A stretch of DNA of 63,609 nt, the filler included, from Octopus bimaculoides (taxonomy: Eukaryota), in NCBI RefSeq assembly GCF_001194135.2. It is 8 parts of 8 records of this genome, joined end to end, with 100 filler letters (N's around TTAATTAATTAA, not from the genome) between each part and the next. Parts side by side here need not be neighbours in the genome. Positions count along the whole stretch, not along the records: positions 9,044 to 31,053 come from NC_068989.1; positions 31,154 to 37,601 come from NW_026360503.1; positions 37,702 to 48,671 come from NC_068990.1; 5 more parts are not named here. One strand, 5' to 3'. Shown one piece after another: positions 27,801 to 40,667 of this stretch. The position numbers were made by a program, and so were the translations under genes. The notes below the pieces were generated by a model. The model saw nothing but the letters and a program-made list of their open reading frames with translations, was not told the origin of the DNA and searched no databases. How positions within the stretch are numbered: position 1 is the first letter of the stretch; each line of letters starts with the position of its first letter.

Positions 27801-28664
27801 CAGGATAGTTGAAACCTGTTTGCCAGCTTGTGCAACTTACGCATTGGGCTGCTTCAATTTTCAGAAGAGATTAAGTTGTCTAAACCATCTCGCGACTTGA
27901 GCTCTCTGCACTCCTCCGCCGCATCCGACGCTACCAATCGCTCAAATCCAAAGTGGTCTACGAACGACAGATTCGTTATTCGTAGCTGATGACGTCTAAC
28001 AACGCAGAGGCAATTACCGTCTTTCTATATCTGAGTGTACACGAACGTGCTGAATGTAATTGTAGAGACCAGTAACAATGGATATATTTCAGTCTATAAA
28101 ATATCGCCTGCATAGTTTAATCCAAGTGAGTCTGTATCTCCGTTGGTAGACTATTACATATAAAAAAAAAATGAACAAAATGTTTGTACAAAATAATTTA
28201 CATAATTAGAAATAAAATGAGGTAAGAGCCAGTTCTCGTAACAACTAACTGCTGATGTACTGTTTTTAGAGTTAACATTTTCCATGAAAGGCAAATTGAT
28301 ATAAAGATATTTCATTCATGAGCCATCCAAAATAAGTAACTAGAAATAAATATATAGTGTGGTAAAAATTATATTAGGCATAGACTAATATATTCATTCA
28401 CATTGTAAGGAAGGGAGAGATCCACGGATAAGTTTCGTCGAACCATTCTGACCTCACGAACAAAGCATAAATTTTATGTAGGTGATTTATCGCTTAAAGT
28501 GAGAGTACCTCCACTTAGTCGTTTGACCCTCAAGCGATAGCAGGGAAATATCTCTCAAATCATACTCAACTGACTTCAAAAAAGAAGGAAACATTGGATA
28601 ATATAGTATAGGAAAGAAGGCAGAAGAGTTACGAACTGAACGGTTTTGGGACTAAATAACAACC

Positions 28665-28703
28665 ACCCCCGTCGCCGCTGCCGCCGCCGCCGCCGCTGAT
28701 ACC

Positions 28704-28735
<32 letters not shown>

Positions 28736-29573
28736 CAACAAAACAACAGTAGCAGCAGCAACAGCAACAGCGACAACAACAAGGACCACGACGACGACAC
28801 AACAAGAACAGTCCGTAGCGCAGCGTCTATGTCCCCTTACACACTGGGAACGTGTTACAAGCGGCCACAACCAGTTTCTATTTTATAAATGAGAAGACTC
28901 GAACTAGAAATATGTGTAGCTGCTAATACCGACAAGTATCACACTGCACAAGTATGTTTCTCTGGAACAATAATTTCAGCTCCTAATTGATATCGGTGTA
29001 GTTTTTACATTTTGCTTTTACTGTTAATGCCCCAGAGAAAACAAAAACATTGTCTCATTTTCCATTATAATTAAAGTTACTAGTCTTGTGTAGAAAACGA
29101 GACTTTCAGCGGAGTGTGTCGTTGTGCAAAATGTAATCCCTCAACGGGTGGTATCGCAGAACCGAATTTCACTCTGACCGTTCAGAACTAATTAACTTTT
29201 CTTCTAATATGAAACCTATCAAAAATAGCAACGCAACTTATGCAAAACAAACACACAGTACCATTCTTTCTTTTATGTAAATGTGTACTGTTGGACCTAA
29301 GTAAGAAATCAATAAATGTGTGATATAAGTTCGCTCGCAGCACAAAAAGATAGAGTAAAAAGAAAAATTACGCGTATAAAAGAACGATAATATCGAATGG
29401 CAATGTCAGAGGTCTGATAGTATCAGATGACCTGTTTTAGTGGTGATCTTGTGGCTGATATCAGCGATAAGAGTAAAAGGACGGAGTTCAATATGGTCAA
29501 TCGTATAGGAGCCAAGACAAAAAACTCTTATCTAACGTATGCCGTTTCATTGTCAGTTTACCACGCCGATTGT

Positions 29574-29613
<40 letters not shown>

Positions 29614-30490
29614 GCTGCTGCTGTTGTTGTTGTTGTTGATGATGATGATGATCAATACCATTATGATCAATATTTTCACTTCTTTCCTACATTTTTACTC
29701 TTGTAGTTCTTCAATAGCAACTTCGCCTTCCTCCTCCTCCTCCTCCTCCTTTCCCTTCATCATTACCGTCATTAACATCATCACCGTTACCATCACCACC
29801 GGCAACACCACCGCCACCACCACCGCCACCACCACCAAAGCCACCAAAATCATCGTCATTATCATTATCATCATCGTCGTCGTCGTCGTAATTGATATTA
29901 CCACCACCACCACCACCATCACCACCACCACCACCACCACCGCTGCCATCACCATAGCCACTGCCACCGCCACCGCCGCCGCCGCTGTCGTCGTCGTCGT
30001 CATCATCATATCATCCCCTCCACTACTACAACCACGATACTGCTCCTCCTCACCAACATTATAGTCCCTCTCGTCGTCATGACCATTTCCATAGCCATCG
30101 CCACCATCACCACGACCATCCTCCTCCTCATCATCATCGTCATCGTCCTCATCCATCGCCCTCTTCAATATTGCTGATCTCATCAATAATGCAATCCCCA
30201 TAAACTGCATGCCAACATAACATAGAACCCTCCTCTAACCCACCTCGCACTCAACCATTTCCAAACGTTTTCACCCCGTACCTCCTAATTTAGCTTTTGT
30301 ATTACGCCTCCAAAACGGCCCCCCTCCAACCCAGCATCCATCTGACGTCAGCACGTGAACCAAACCCAAATTCAAACAATGAATCTTTGATTGCTATCTC
30401 TGACATTGTCCTTAATGTTCTACCTTATCGCTATTTCATTCAAGATAAATCTAGCTGCGGCCCAGAGAAACTGGTTGAGATTCTTGGGGA

Positions 30491-30521
<31 letters not shown>

Positions 30522-30870
30522 TTACTACTACTACTGCTACTGCTGCTACTGCTGCTGCTGCTGCTGCTGCTACTTTTGTAAAGGAGGAAAAAGAAGAAAT
30601 CATACGAAGTTGATGAAGAAGAAGGGAGGAGGAGGGAAAAGGAGTAGGAGAGGGAGAAGAATAGGAGCTACAACAAAGTGGAAGAAGGGGGAGGAAAGAG
30701 GAAATGGAATAGAAAATTGAGGTGAAGAAGAAAATGACGAAGAAGGAAGGGGAGGAAGAGGAGGCGATGACAAAGCACGAAGAGAAAAAGAGAACAAAGA
30801 AAGAGGAGGAGGAGAAGTATAAAAAAAAAAAGAAGGAGAAAGAAGGGAAACACGAAGAAGACGGAAAAGG
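28665..30870. repeat. patchwork of trinucleotide repeats
   Basis: Blocks of GCC, ACC, AAC, AGC, TAC, TGC, TGT, GAT, TCC, CAT, GTC and GAA/GGA. Confidence 0.95.
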
Positions 30871-31153
30871 AGAAGACATTCTTAATGTGTTTCTCAAGCA
30901 ATTAATAATATAGGTTTCTAACTTTGATATGTCAACACAATCGTATATTTGGCTGGTGGAAGAGTGTAAATATTCATTCGATTCGATTATATCAAAGGTT
31001 CTCAACCTATTTTGGCCAAAGGCCCCCTTTTGACCCTTGGAGTCACAAATCCCNNNNNNNNNNNNNNNNNNNNNNNNNNNNNNNNNNNNNNNNNNNNTTA
31101 ATTAATTAANNNNNNNNNNNNNNNNNNNNNNNNNNNNNNNNNNNNNNNNNNNN

Positions 31154-31186
<33 letters not shown>

Positions 31187-31204
31187 AAAATATATATATA
31201 TATG

Positions 31205-31560
31205 TATTTCAACCAAGCGACTGTGGTCATGCTGGAGCACCACCATGGCTTTCCGTCTTTATGCTTTGCCCTCAACTATGTCTCATTTCGGGACATTGGT
31301 TCGTCTGGCATCGTGGAGAGGAAAGTGTCGAGTTTTGTTTTGAAGACCTCCATATCTATGTCTTGCAGGTCTCTCAACTATTTTGGCAGGGCAATAAAGA
31401 GCTGAGGTCCTCTGAAAGTGAGGCTGTTGCAGTACCTTGTTCTTACGTGAGATGCAGTGGACGGTATGTTTGGTACCATGCAGTGGCGACCAGTGTGGGC
31501 ATTTGTGTAGTACTTGATGCCAAAGTTTGGTACCAGTCCTTCCAGTATTTCCCATATATA
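31205..31560 (-). mobile_element. CR1/L2-group LINE 3-prime end, same family
   Basis: YIWEILEGLVPNFGI...CNSLTFRGPQLFIALPK, followed by the same CTCCAGCATG-type tail. Confidence 0.85.
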
Positions 31561-31671
31561 AATTATATATATATATATATATAAGCTCCTAACCACACAG
31601 TTACAACTCTTGTGTCTATGTATACACATGTATAATATACATTATATTGGATATATACATATTGTATAATA

Positions 31672-31716
<45 letters not shown>

Positions 31717-32299
31717 CTACTCAACACGTACAGTACCCAATGTCAGACGAATGAGAAATGAGTGATTTATATACCATGTAGTGGATATATTTTATTTGTC
31801 AAAATTGAAGCTGAGATCTCGTCTCACAACTTGACCTTTACACCTGTACTATTTTCAGAGCAATTGCATGAGAAACTCTCACCCTTAGTTTTAGTACAGA
31901 AAAAAAAAGAGAAAAAAAGAAGAAAGCTATATCTCATGCAACAGATAATGAACACCTTTTACATACACCCAACATTAAGCACTGTATGCATATATATACT
32001 ATTAGATTGGAACAGGTGCATCTGGAAAATGTAAGAAAAACACTTACACACACAATCTGAAAACTTCCATCATTGTCATTTTTGTGACCTTCAAAATTCT
32101 GTCTTTGTCACATCTCTGTTACTTCTTTCTCCCGCACAATTTCCTATCACTGACATCCTAGCAACATTTTACAAATATTTAAATTTTTTATGTCTGTACT
32201 GACATGGTCTTGTTATTTTTCTCCACATATGATACCACTTGTACCCAATTTATCTATCTGGAGATCATACTTGCTAGAATTCTCCCAGTATTTGCATAT

Positions 32300-33800
32300 C
32301 CTCAGCTCTGTCTTCACATGTCCCTAGAATGAGTATTGCCCTGATGTCTCTCCTCCCCTTTTGATTATATGTGATCCAGGTAAAGTAAGCGATTAGCTAA
32401 TCCCATAGATTCTTCCAAACATGAAAAAGAATTTTACTACTGGCAAAATCAGGATATCTACAATAAATAAACTCTTTACTTGTTAATAGTGAGTCAGTAA
32501 TCCTAATACACCCAGGGAACCCATAATTCACATTGTGTAGTCAAGATGGAATTTCTACCTATCCGTCTCCTGTATATTAAATCCAGCCATTTCCCAGATA
32601 GCAGCAGTCCTGTTCTTAATTCTATTAACAAAACCTCTAGTCTTCACAGAGATTATTCTGTGGCCACCCTCCAACAAGGACTAAGTCATTGGTGTATAGG
32701 AAATCCTAGGAGCAGCTTTTCTAGAACACACTTTGTTATATCTTCAAAGCTGAGAACAGAGCATTGGTGAACACCTACCTACCTAAATGCTAAATTCTTC
32801 ATTAAATTCATTGGAAATTCTCATTTTACAAGCTACATCACTGTATGTGGTTTCCCAAACACTTCAGCTTCATCAAGTTTTCTTTAAAACCGCCAGACAA
32901 GCATGATACACTGTATCCAGATCAACAAATGCAAGATAAGCTTACTCTTAGCTGAAATGTAGTTGTAGTTGTCTCACTATGAAAAGAACATCAATGATAC
33001 TATGAATGTATCTTATCTACATTCTCTTCCTCATCACTTCTACTAGTACCCTATCCATTACTTTTATAACTAGGTCCATCAGTTAGATACTTCTGTAGTT
33101 GCTTCTTTCCAAAGTATTTTTACTTTTGTACCTGTTGATTATATAGCTATACCAGTCACTGGATATGACATTGCCTGGTTTTTGCCTGACATTGCCCTGC
33201 AAGGGGCTTTTATGGTATCTCACTAACTATGCCCAATAGATATGCTGTTTTTCTTGCCTAAATGGCTATTTTAACCATATAACTATTCACATCAATAGCC
33301 TTACTTCTGTTGGCTATATCTGGGATAATTCCTCTTACACTCTCATGCTCCCTTTTTGTCATCAGTGAACATAAGTCCATCTCTGCCCTTTCAAATACAC
33401 TTTCCGCAATTCCATATTGATTTATCCCGACAAACTGCTTTGAAATCCAGAACACCATGTCTCTGATCATTCTCTTTTTAGATTTCTGCTGATACACACA
33501 CACACATAAACACATATATATTACTTGCTGTCTAGCTTCTAAGCTACAGGATATAGTTCTTTGCTTCTAGTTGTCCCCCACCTATCAGAAGGCTTCTAGA
33601 ACACTTCCAGTTAGTCCAATATACCTATTGTGCTTTCCACCACCATTTTACCATGTTGGCTAGTGACTTGCTCCAACCATAAATCTGGTGTGCAGCTTTC
33701 AGCAGGTTGTCTTTGTGATAGGATTCTATCACCTACTTTTCATCATATACTGCTTCTTGAAAAACCTTGAACATATTTAGAAGAAGATGTTTTTCCTAAA
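32300..33800 (-). mobile_element. heavily decayed RTE-clade LINE RT remnant
   Basis: Fragmentary motifs LFIVRQLQ, YLAFVDL (about 32917-32940), VGVHQ (about 32761-32778); boundaries approximate. Confidence 0.65.
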
Positions 33801-34707
33801 ATATCTTTTTTCTCTATCTGTTCCTAATATTTTTAGATTTAAGATCTAATCAGAGAAGGAATTGTAGTACCTTAATACCTATATTTCAAAACCCCAAAGG
33901 GTATGGGTGAAAACTATCTGCTAGAAGCATTAAAAGGCTATTTCTGCTGAAGGCATTTCACCCTTTAGCATTTAGATAATTCTGTCAAATGTTATGCTTA
34001 TTTATTCATGTTGCATTATCTCATAGCTTCTATATTTCAATGGTGTGATAGTTTATATTGCAGGGTCAGTGTGAGAGGTGGATCTAGTCAGTTTGAACAT
34101 GAAGTAGAGAGAATATTTGGGCTAGATATGGCTGGGTTAGAGCTATGGGATTAAATTAAAGACCATCTACTGGTTCCTCTAGCTGTTTCTATGAATTTTC
34201 TAGTTGATCAGTCAGCCAAACTACTTGCTTATTGTATTAGTATGTAAGTGCCTGCATATTTCGCAGCCACATAAACCCTTCACATAAATCTGAGACAAAA
34301 TTAATGTGACAGTGCTTTAGTCATCTAAAGATTATGTTTGAAGACACTTAGCCATAATGTCATGCAGGAGAATAAAACCCAAGATCTCTTGATCATAAAG
34401 CAGGTTTCCTAACCACTTGGTTAATATATCATCCATTTGTTTGTGTACAGGACTTCAGTGTCCCCTTCCATTCTCTCTTGACAGCTCAGGTACTACTGCT
34501 GAGAGTGATCAAACATGTTTAAGGACTTCCCAAGTCCATTACAGTAGGTTCCTTCTTTTCTAGTGACTGGAGAAGGTATCTGAACTCTGAGGACAGATGA
34601 CTAGATTAAATACAAGGTATTCTATCTAATGCTCTAAAGGCTGTGAATTCAATTCAATGCCACACACACACAGGTATATGCACATACACACACAATGACA
34701 TATATAC

Positions 34708-34741
<34 letters not shown>

Positions 34742-34870
34742 GCCATATACACATACATAAATGATATATGCATGCTCACATGCTAATACATGCATATACT
34801 TTATATAAACTTTTTAAAACATACTTTCAAATCCACACATAGTAAAAAAAAAGATATTTTAAAAAATTAC

Positions 34871-35157
34871 CGGATATGAAGGACTTGAAGCAATTGGAGA
34901 CACTGATGACAAAGGTGGAGATGGCGTAGGATTAGTACTCGTAGGCCCAGTGCTTCGGTTCACATTTGGAACAAATGGAGTTGGCACTATATCCACTCTA
35001 GGTCGCACATTCACTGAAGTAGGAGGAGGTGTAGTACGAGGTGGTAACGGAGGCATCGATAGTCTCTGCATAGGAGTTCCAGGAGAAATCCCATACGGAT
35101 CAGTATTACTAAGCTGTGCTCCAGGCAACCGCTGACCAGAATTTAGTAGAGGCCCAT
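34871..35157 (-). CDS. CBP: CBP/p300 exon, P/S/T-rich region after KIX
   Basis: (N)GPLLNSGQRLPGAQ...SSPSYP; acceptor cttatttcag, donor gtaatt; 287 nt, phase 1 to 0, compatible with the preceding exon; low-complexity, so identity rests on position and phase. Confidence 0.85.
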
Positions 35158-35342
35158 CTGAAATAAGCAATATTAATATGAAAGTCAAATAAATTTCAAT
35201 AACAATTCAGTAACTCAAGCAATAAACAAAATTATCTTTGTAAGACATTCTAACAGCAACACCAAAAGGCAGACATTGAGCCAAAATACTTGCAAGTAAT
35301 TTTAGAAATTAAATGAAAAAATATTTTGTATATCAAACTTAC

Positions 35343-35484
35343 TTGGTTGACCTGTTGGTCGCATTGGCATATTAGGTTGATTAGCCTGACCAGGCTGTAT
35401 CGCTAACTGTCTCTTCATTCTTTTTTCTTCAAGTTCTTTCTGTATTTTATAAATTTTCTCAGCTAATAAATGATAATATTCCTC
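35343..35484 (-). CDS. CBP: CBP/p300 exon, KIX helix 3
   Basis: EEYYHLLAEKIYKIQKELEEKRMKRQLAIQPGQ...GQP; acceptor ttcactgccag, donor gtaagt; 142 nt, phase 0 to 1; not in the ORF track. Confidence 0.97.
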
Positions 35485-35753
35485 CTGGCAGTGAACAGAA
35501 AATATAACATTATACCAAAAATGAACTCACCTGGAATTTAATTGATTAGGGTACATAATTAAGATTACAACTACTTTTATAAGTTTCAATAATTGAAGTG
35601 TCAGCTATTTTTAGCAAATAAAAGAGCTGTTTAACCTAAGTGTTTTGAAAAGAAATCCTTTTTAATATTGAAAACAAAACGTATTAAATTTAAGTAATTT
35701 TCTAATTAATATTATTATAGTGCAAACTTATGTCAATTATTAACATTGCTTAC

Positions 35754-35871
35754 TCTGTCATTGGCAGTTTCATACATATCACCTTCGACTTTTTTCGCAT
35801 AATCGACTAGATTTTTCATCCTTCTATCTTTGTAAGCTGCAGGATCAGGAGTTGGAAATATTGCATGGACT
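35754..35871 (-). CDS. CBP: CBP/p300 exon, KIX core
   Basis: [39 protein letters not shown]; acceptor ttcttttag, donor gtaagc; 118 nt, phase 2 to 0. Confidence 0.97.
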
Positions 35872-36009
35872 CTAAAAGAAAAATAATAAATAAAATATAA
35901 GTTACAAATTGATTTCAAACATGAACATAAAAATAATTACTTGCAGATGTAGCCAAATCAAAATCTAACAAATTGTAACAGATTATTTAAAATAATATAC
36001 AATACTTAC

Positions 36010-36244
36010 AATCTATGAACAAGGTGATTTCGTAAATCTTGGGTGACACAGTGATGCCATTTCTTAGATCCTCTGTTTGTTTGACTCAAAGCTTGTACAC
36101 CACCACTACTAGCTGCTACTCCACTTGGGACACCAGTGAAGGAAACAGGAGGTTGTGTTCTTTGTAACATGTCTTGCCTGGGGGCATTTTGGCTGTTGGG
36201 ATTTAATTGTGCAGACATCATCCCAGGTGGATTCTGAACTTGGC
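36010..36244 (-). CDS. CBP: CBP/p300 exon, linker and start of KIX
   Basis: (G)QVQNPPGMMSAQ...GSKKWHHCVTQDLRNHLVHR(L); acceptor tttttatag, donor gtaagt; 235 nt, phase 1 to 2. Confidence 0.96.
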
Positions 36245-36332
36245 CTATAAAAAAATAAAAGCTTTTTAAGTAACGGTTTTCTCAGATACAGTTAATTCAG
36301 ACAGAAACTATTAATTCAAAATTAGCACTTAC

Positions 36333-36485
36333 CTTGAGGAGTTGAAATTGATGGCCGAATAGGAGGAACAGCATTGCTGCCAGCGCCTTGCTTATATGGC
36401 AAACCCAGAGCATCGTAAGCCCTCTGCATATCTCTAGCACCAGGGGACTGGGTGCTAACAGGAACTGTTGAAGCTGTTTGTACAA
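36333..36485 (-). CDS. CBP: CBP/p300 exon, TAZ1-KIX linker
   Basis: (V)VQTASTVPVSTQSPGARDMQRAYDALGLPYKQ...STPQ; RAYxALGLPY motif typical of CBP/p300; acceptor ttattttag, donor gtaagt; 153 nt, phase 1 to 1. Confidence 0.93.
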
Positions 36486-36593
36486 CTAAAATAAGAAATG
36501 AATATTAATAGTAATCTAAAATACAACACTAAGTTATGAATAAAAGAAAATCAAATTATATAAAATAGTTCAATTTTCATTTTTTTAAATTAC

Positions 36594-36707
36594 CTCCTGG
36601 GGCTCTTTTATCAGAAACATGCTTCAGAGGTAAGCAGACAGGGCAGTCACCTCGAGTACAATTCTTCCAATGTGTTATAATTTGACGAGAGGATGCACAA
36701 TGAGCAA
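36594..36707 (-). CDS. CBP: CBP/p300 exon, TAZ1 C-terminal part
   Basis: (V)[37 protein letters not shown]; acceptor tttcttgtag, donor gtaatt; 114 nt, phase 1 to 1; not in the ORF track. Confidence 0.97.
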
Positions 36708-37032
36708 CTACAAGAAATTGAAATTATAAATAAGATATACATAAGACAGCATTTCAAAACTGATCAAAACTAAGTTTCCCCAATATTATAACAGTACAAA
36801 AATTAAATTAAATTGTTAATTTTCAAATAAAAGGAAATACATTTACCCATTTTTGTACTAATGTGTAAAGTAATAGTTAAATGTGGGATTAAAAACATCA
36901 AACTTATCAAGACGATAAATTAATACAAATACACCATGTTAATATTAATTGAATTCAAAAGTACTAAAGTTACGATTAATTCTTGAAAATTCTTGAAAAT
37001 AATTTTTAGAAATTAAGTGTAAAATTAATTAC

Positions 37033-37252
37033 CAAGACAAGATTTTCCAGCATTGCAAGTCGTCATGTGATTAAGAACACTCTTCATTGTTTTACAATGA
37101 GGAAGTGTACATGAAGCAATTTCACCATTGGTTTGTTCTCGTCTTTGGCATTTATGTGCATGAAGTAGTAAAACCAGCTGCTGCTGAATGAGCTTTCGCT
37201 TCTCAGGATCTGCTGTAGGGGGTTGCTGACCGGTCGTTCCTTGCTGACCAGT
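37033..37252 (-). CDS. CBP: CBP/p300 exon, TAZ1 zinc finger N-terminal part
   Basis: Translates TGQQ...[26 protein letters not shown]...[26 protein letters not shown]; acceptor ...atatgcag, donor gtaatt; 220 nt, phase 0 to 1. Confidence 0.97.
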
Positions 37253-37701
37253 CTGCATATACATAAACAAATTTTCAGTCAAAATATCTAATCCAACTGA
37301 GATCTCACAAACACACGTTCGTAAATAAACAAGGGAAATAAAACTTGGAAAACCAAGTGCTCCCCCACCACCAAACCCTTACATCCAATATCTGTAATTA
37401 TACACACGCAGCATTAATACAATTATATATATATCAACATACGCCCTCATCCATATACAAAACAAGTAAAACTTTTAAAAAAAACACTTAAGGCATAAAG
37501 TGCAACACAAATATAAGCACACACAAACGTATAAAAAAAACAAGTACCACTGGGTTTGCATACACAAATCAGATTATATATATATATATATATATATATA
37601 TNNNNNNNNNNNNNNNNNNNNNNNNNNNNNNNNNNNNNNNNNNNNTTAATTAATTAANNNNNNNNNNNNNNNNNNNNNNNNNNNNNNNNNNNNNNNNNNN
37701 N

Positions 37702-37753
<52 letters not shown>

Positions 37754-38473
37754 CATACATACACATAAATACATATATATATATATAGTGCGCGTGCGTG
37801 CGTGTGCTTCTGATTAGATGCTGAAACTTAATACATGGTCACAATTCTAAGTTACACATTTGTTTTTTCTAACTCATAATTGTAAACATGAAATTCCTAC
37901 TTAAAAATAATACGCCACCCCACTACTCGTTTATATCTAATTGCTTATTTCACCGTACTTTTCTATATGTTCGTTAAATTATCGCAGTGTTTCTAGCGTG
38001 GCCCACTCGTATTTTTTATTTCTTCATTGCCCACATGGAGACAAACATAGAGGAGACAAACAAGGACAGACAAAGGGATTAAGTCGATTACATCGATTCC
38101 AGTGCGTAACTGGTACTTATTTAATCGACCCCGAAAGGATGAATTTGAACTCAGAACGTAACAGCAGACGATTAAACATAGATGACAGACCGAAAGAACA
38201 TCAATTCGTCCATGGTGTCCAGAAAAAATAAATCACAGAAAAAAATGACAAAAATTTTAGCTTGGAAATAGTCACTAAAAAAAAGTCATATTTCATTTAA
38301 CTGCCATAAACTAAATAAAACATGTATTTTAAACCAGTTATTAACTGACAGTACATGATTTGTAAACAATTTAAATATGATGGCATTACTAATATGTGAA
38401 AAGAAAAGACCTTTTGTTCAATTCTTTAAGCAAAGTAAGACAAAGAAACAAAAAAAATTAAGTCAGTCATTTA

Positions 38474-39125
38474 CAGTAATCCCTCACTATCGCGGGTGTT
38501 TCGTTCCAAAACCTCCCGCGATAGGTAAAAATCCGCGAAGTAGAAACAGCATTGTACTGTGTATTTTATTTTTATTATTTTTTATAATTTGTATATGTTT
38601 ATTTTATTATTTTTATATATTTAAGCTTTTATAAACTCTCCCCACACTCTTAGGAGTACCCGTGTCTTCTCGTTTTTTGCAGGTGAAAAACACAGTGATG
38701 GGCAGTTGCTGGCTGTGCCTTTTCGTCTGTGTAAGGTTTTTATAAACTTCCATGGCTCCGTCGATTGCATTTCAGAACTGCAACGCACGAATCATCGGCC
38801 GCCATTCTCTGAAGTTCATTTGCCGTTTTTGCTAGAGTTGAAAGGCGTTCTAGTGATAGGCCGACTTCTTCCCTTGGATCCTCTTCTTTTTCTTCTTCTT
38901 TCTCACTTGCTGAGTTCGTTATCTCTGTCAGATCTTCATCCGTTAACGGATCTGAGTGGGCCTCGATCAAGTTATTAACGTCCAGCTTCACAGCCTTATC
39001 TACTGCAGAGTGGTGGATTTCGTCAGGAGAGAATCCTTTATAGTCGTGGATCGCTTCTGGCCACCATTTCTTTCAGCTGGCATTCAAAGTTTCATCTCTT
39101 TTATGGCCTTCTGAATAGCAAATTT
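38474..39125 (-). mobile_element. Tigger/pogo DNA transposon remnant
   Basis: TA then CAGTAATCCCTC terminus; transposase tail ...KKWWPEAIHDYKGF...LIEAHSDPLTDEDL-acidic stretch. Confidence 0.8.
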
Positions 39126-40519
39126 TTTTTTTCTTATTTTTGTAAGTGCTTATATGTTGATGAATCAGGGTGATCGAAATTCGATTTATCTACTTGTAAG
39201 GTTTCTTTTTCTTTCTTTTTTTTTTCTTTTTTGAATGTATAGAAAAAGCAAATAGCCAGAAAACGACTGCAAAAGTTGCATGTTTGGAGTGCAAAANNNN
39301 NNNNNNNNNNNNNNNNNNNNNNNNNNNNNNNNNNNNNNNNNNNNNNNNNNNNNNNNNNNNNNNNNNNNNNNNNNNNNNNNNNNNNNNNNNNNNNNNNNNN
39401 NNNNNNNNNNNNNNNNNNNNNNNNNNNNNNNNNNNNNNNNNNNNNNNNNNNNNNNNNNNNNNNTCTTATAGTATCCACTCCAGCATGTACCTCTTTTCAA
39501 ATATATGCGTGGACCAATGGTTCCCAAGTTAAATTTCTATGGAAATTTCTGAAAAAAAAAAAAGTGGGAGGACTTATATAAATCCTTCTACTATAGCAAG
39601 ACTTGAGTTTTGCTACACTACTATAAGGCTTGAAATTTTGTGAAAGGGGATAATTGATTACATCGATTACATTTATTTTTGCTTTTCGATCATTTCTTTG
39701 TACGGGTGGTGAAAATACAAATGTACAAAGAGACGACTGAAAAAAAAAAAAAGCGTGTAATATGCAGCACAGGCAGTAAACAAAAATTAAACGGAACAGA
39801 GTGGTGACATTTAGTAGAGATGATCCGGAAGTTGTTGCTCTTCAATTACTATCGCAAATAGCAGTAACTTTCTTTAGCTGGCGACAACCTTAACACGAAA
39901 TAACTTCTAAAATACGAAATTTTGTCAAAAATCTGAAAAGTAAACCGTGTTCAGCATGAGAAATTACACCAGTATACGAAGTTTCAAACTGTTCCGTTAA
40001 AAAAAATAATGATTAAAAAATCTGTGAATGAGACTGAAAAGATACAAATTCTCTCAGAATCGTAATTTCTGTTGTATGAAACACAAGGACGGTTTGTAAA
40101 AATGAAGGGTAAAAAACACCCCACTATCACCACCTGTTCCTTGCCCTTTTCCTTCTCCATAAGGTGACTGCTGCTTCGAAATTTCGCCAAGTATTGTACC
40201 TCGTTTAAATATTGTATTTCTAAGAAAAAACTCGATCTCTTTAAACATCTGATACCTCCTCCCTAGCGTTCCTTTGAAAATTTCCACCACTATCATCGTT
40301 TTCTAAAGGAAAAGTCTTTGATGAAATTTTTTGGCGAAAAATTACAAAAAGAAAAATTGTACGTTATACTGCGGTAATAGTTCAGTTCACGTAAGCAATT
40401 AATACATTTTTTTGTAGGAAAATTCAAAAATGAAAGTTTGAGATACACTTTTGGAAATAGGCACACGCCAAAATAAATACACTGGTAAAGGAAATACACA
40501 TAGCAGTGGTAGATTTAAG

Positions 40520-40667
40520 CACTAGCGTAGCTAGGGGGAAAGCAGTAGGGACAGTCCGCCCCGGTCGGCACTTTTGGGTCTGCTGTAGGCAACATGTTTT
40601 TTGAGGGGTCCAGGGGCGGCAAACGTAAGGGCCGCTCTGGACGGCACACACTCTAGCTACGCTAGTG
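40520..40667. mobile_element. 148-bp hAT-like MITE
   Basis: Perfect 15-bp TIR CACTAGCGTAGCTAG; perfect 8-bp TSD GATTTAAG at 40512-40519 and 40668-40675. Confidence 0.9.

Noticed and set aside
27540-28010. Possible Tc1 transposase N-terminus on the minus strand (DLSD..., GVQRAQVARWF)
   Set aside because: Motif pieces lie in different frames; no TIR or catalytic region found
28420-28470. Minus-strand TGAGGTC...GACGAAAC resembling a hammerhead
   Set aside because: The CUGA part of the core is absent and no stem I/III or NUH site fits
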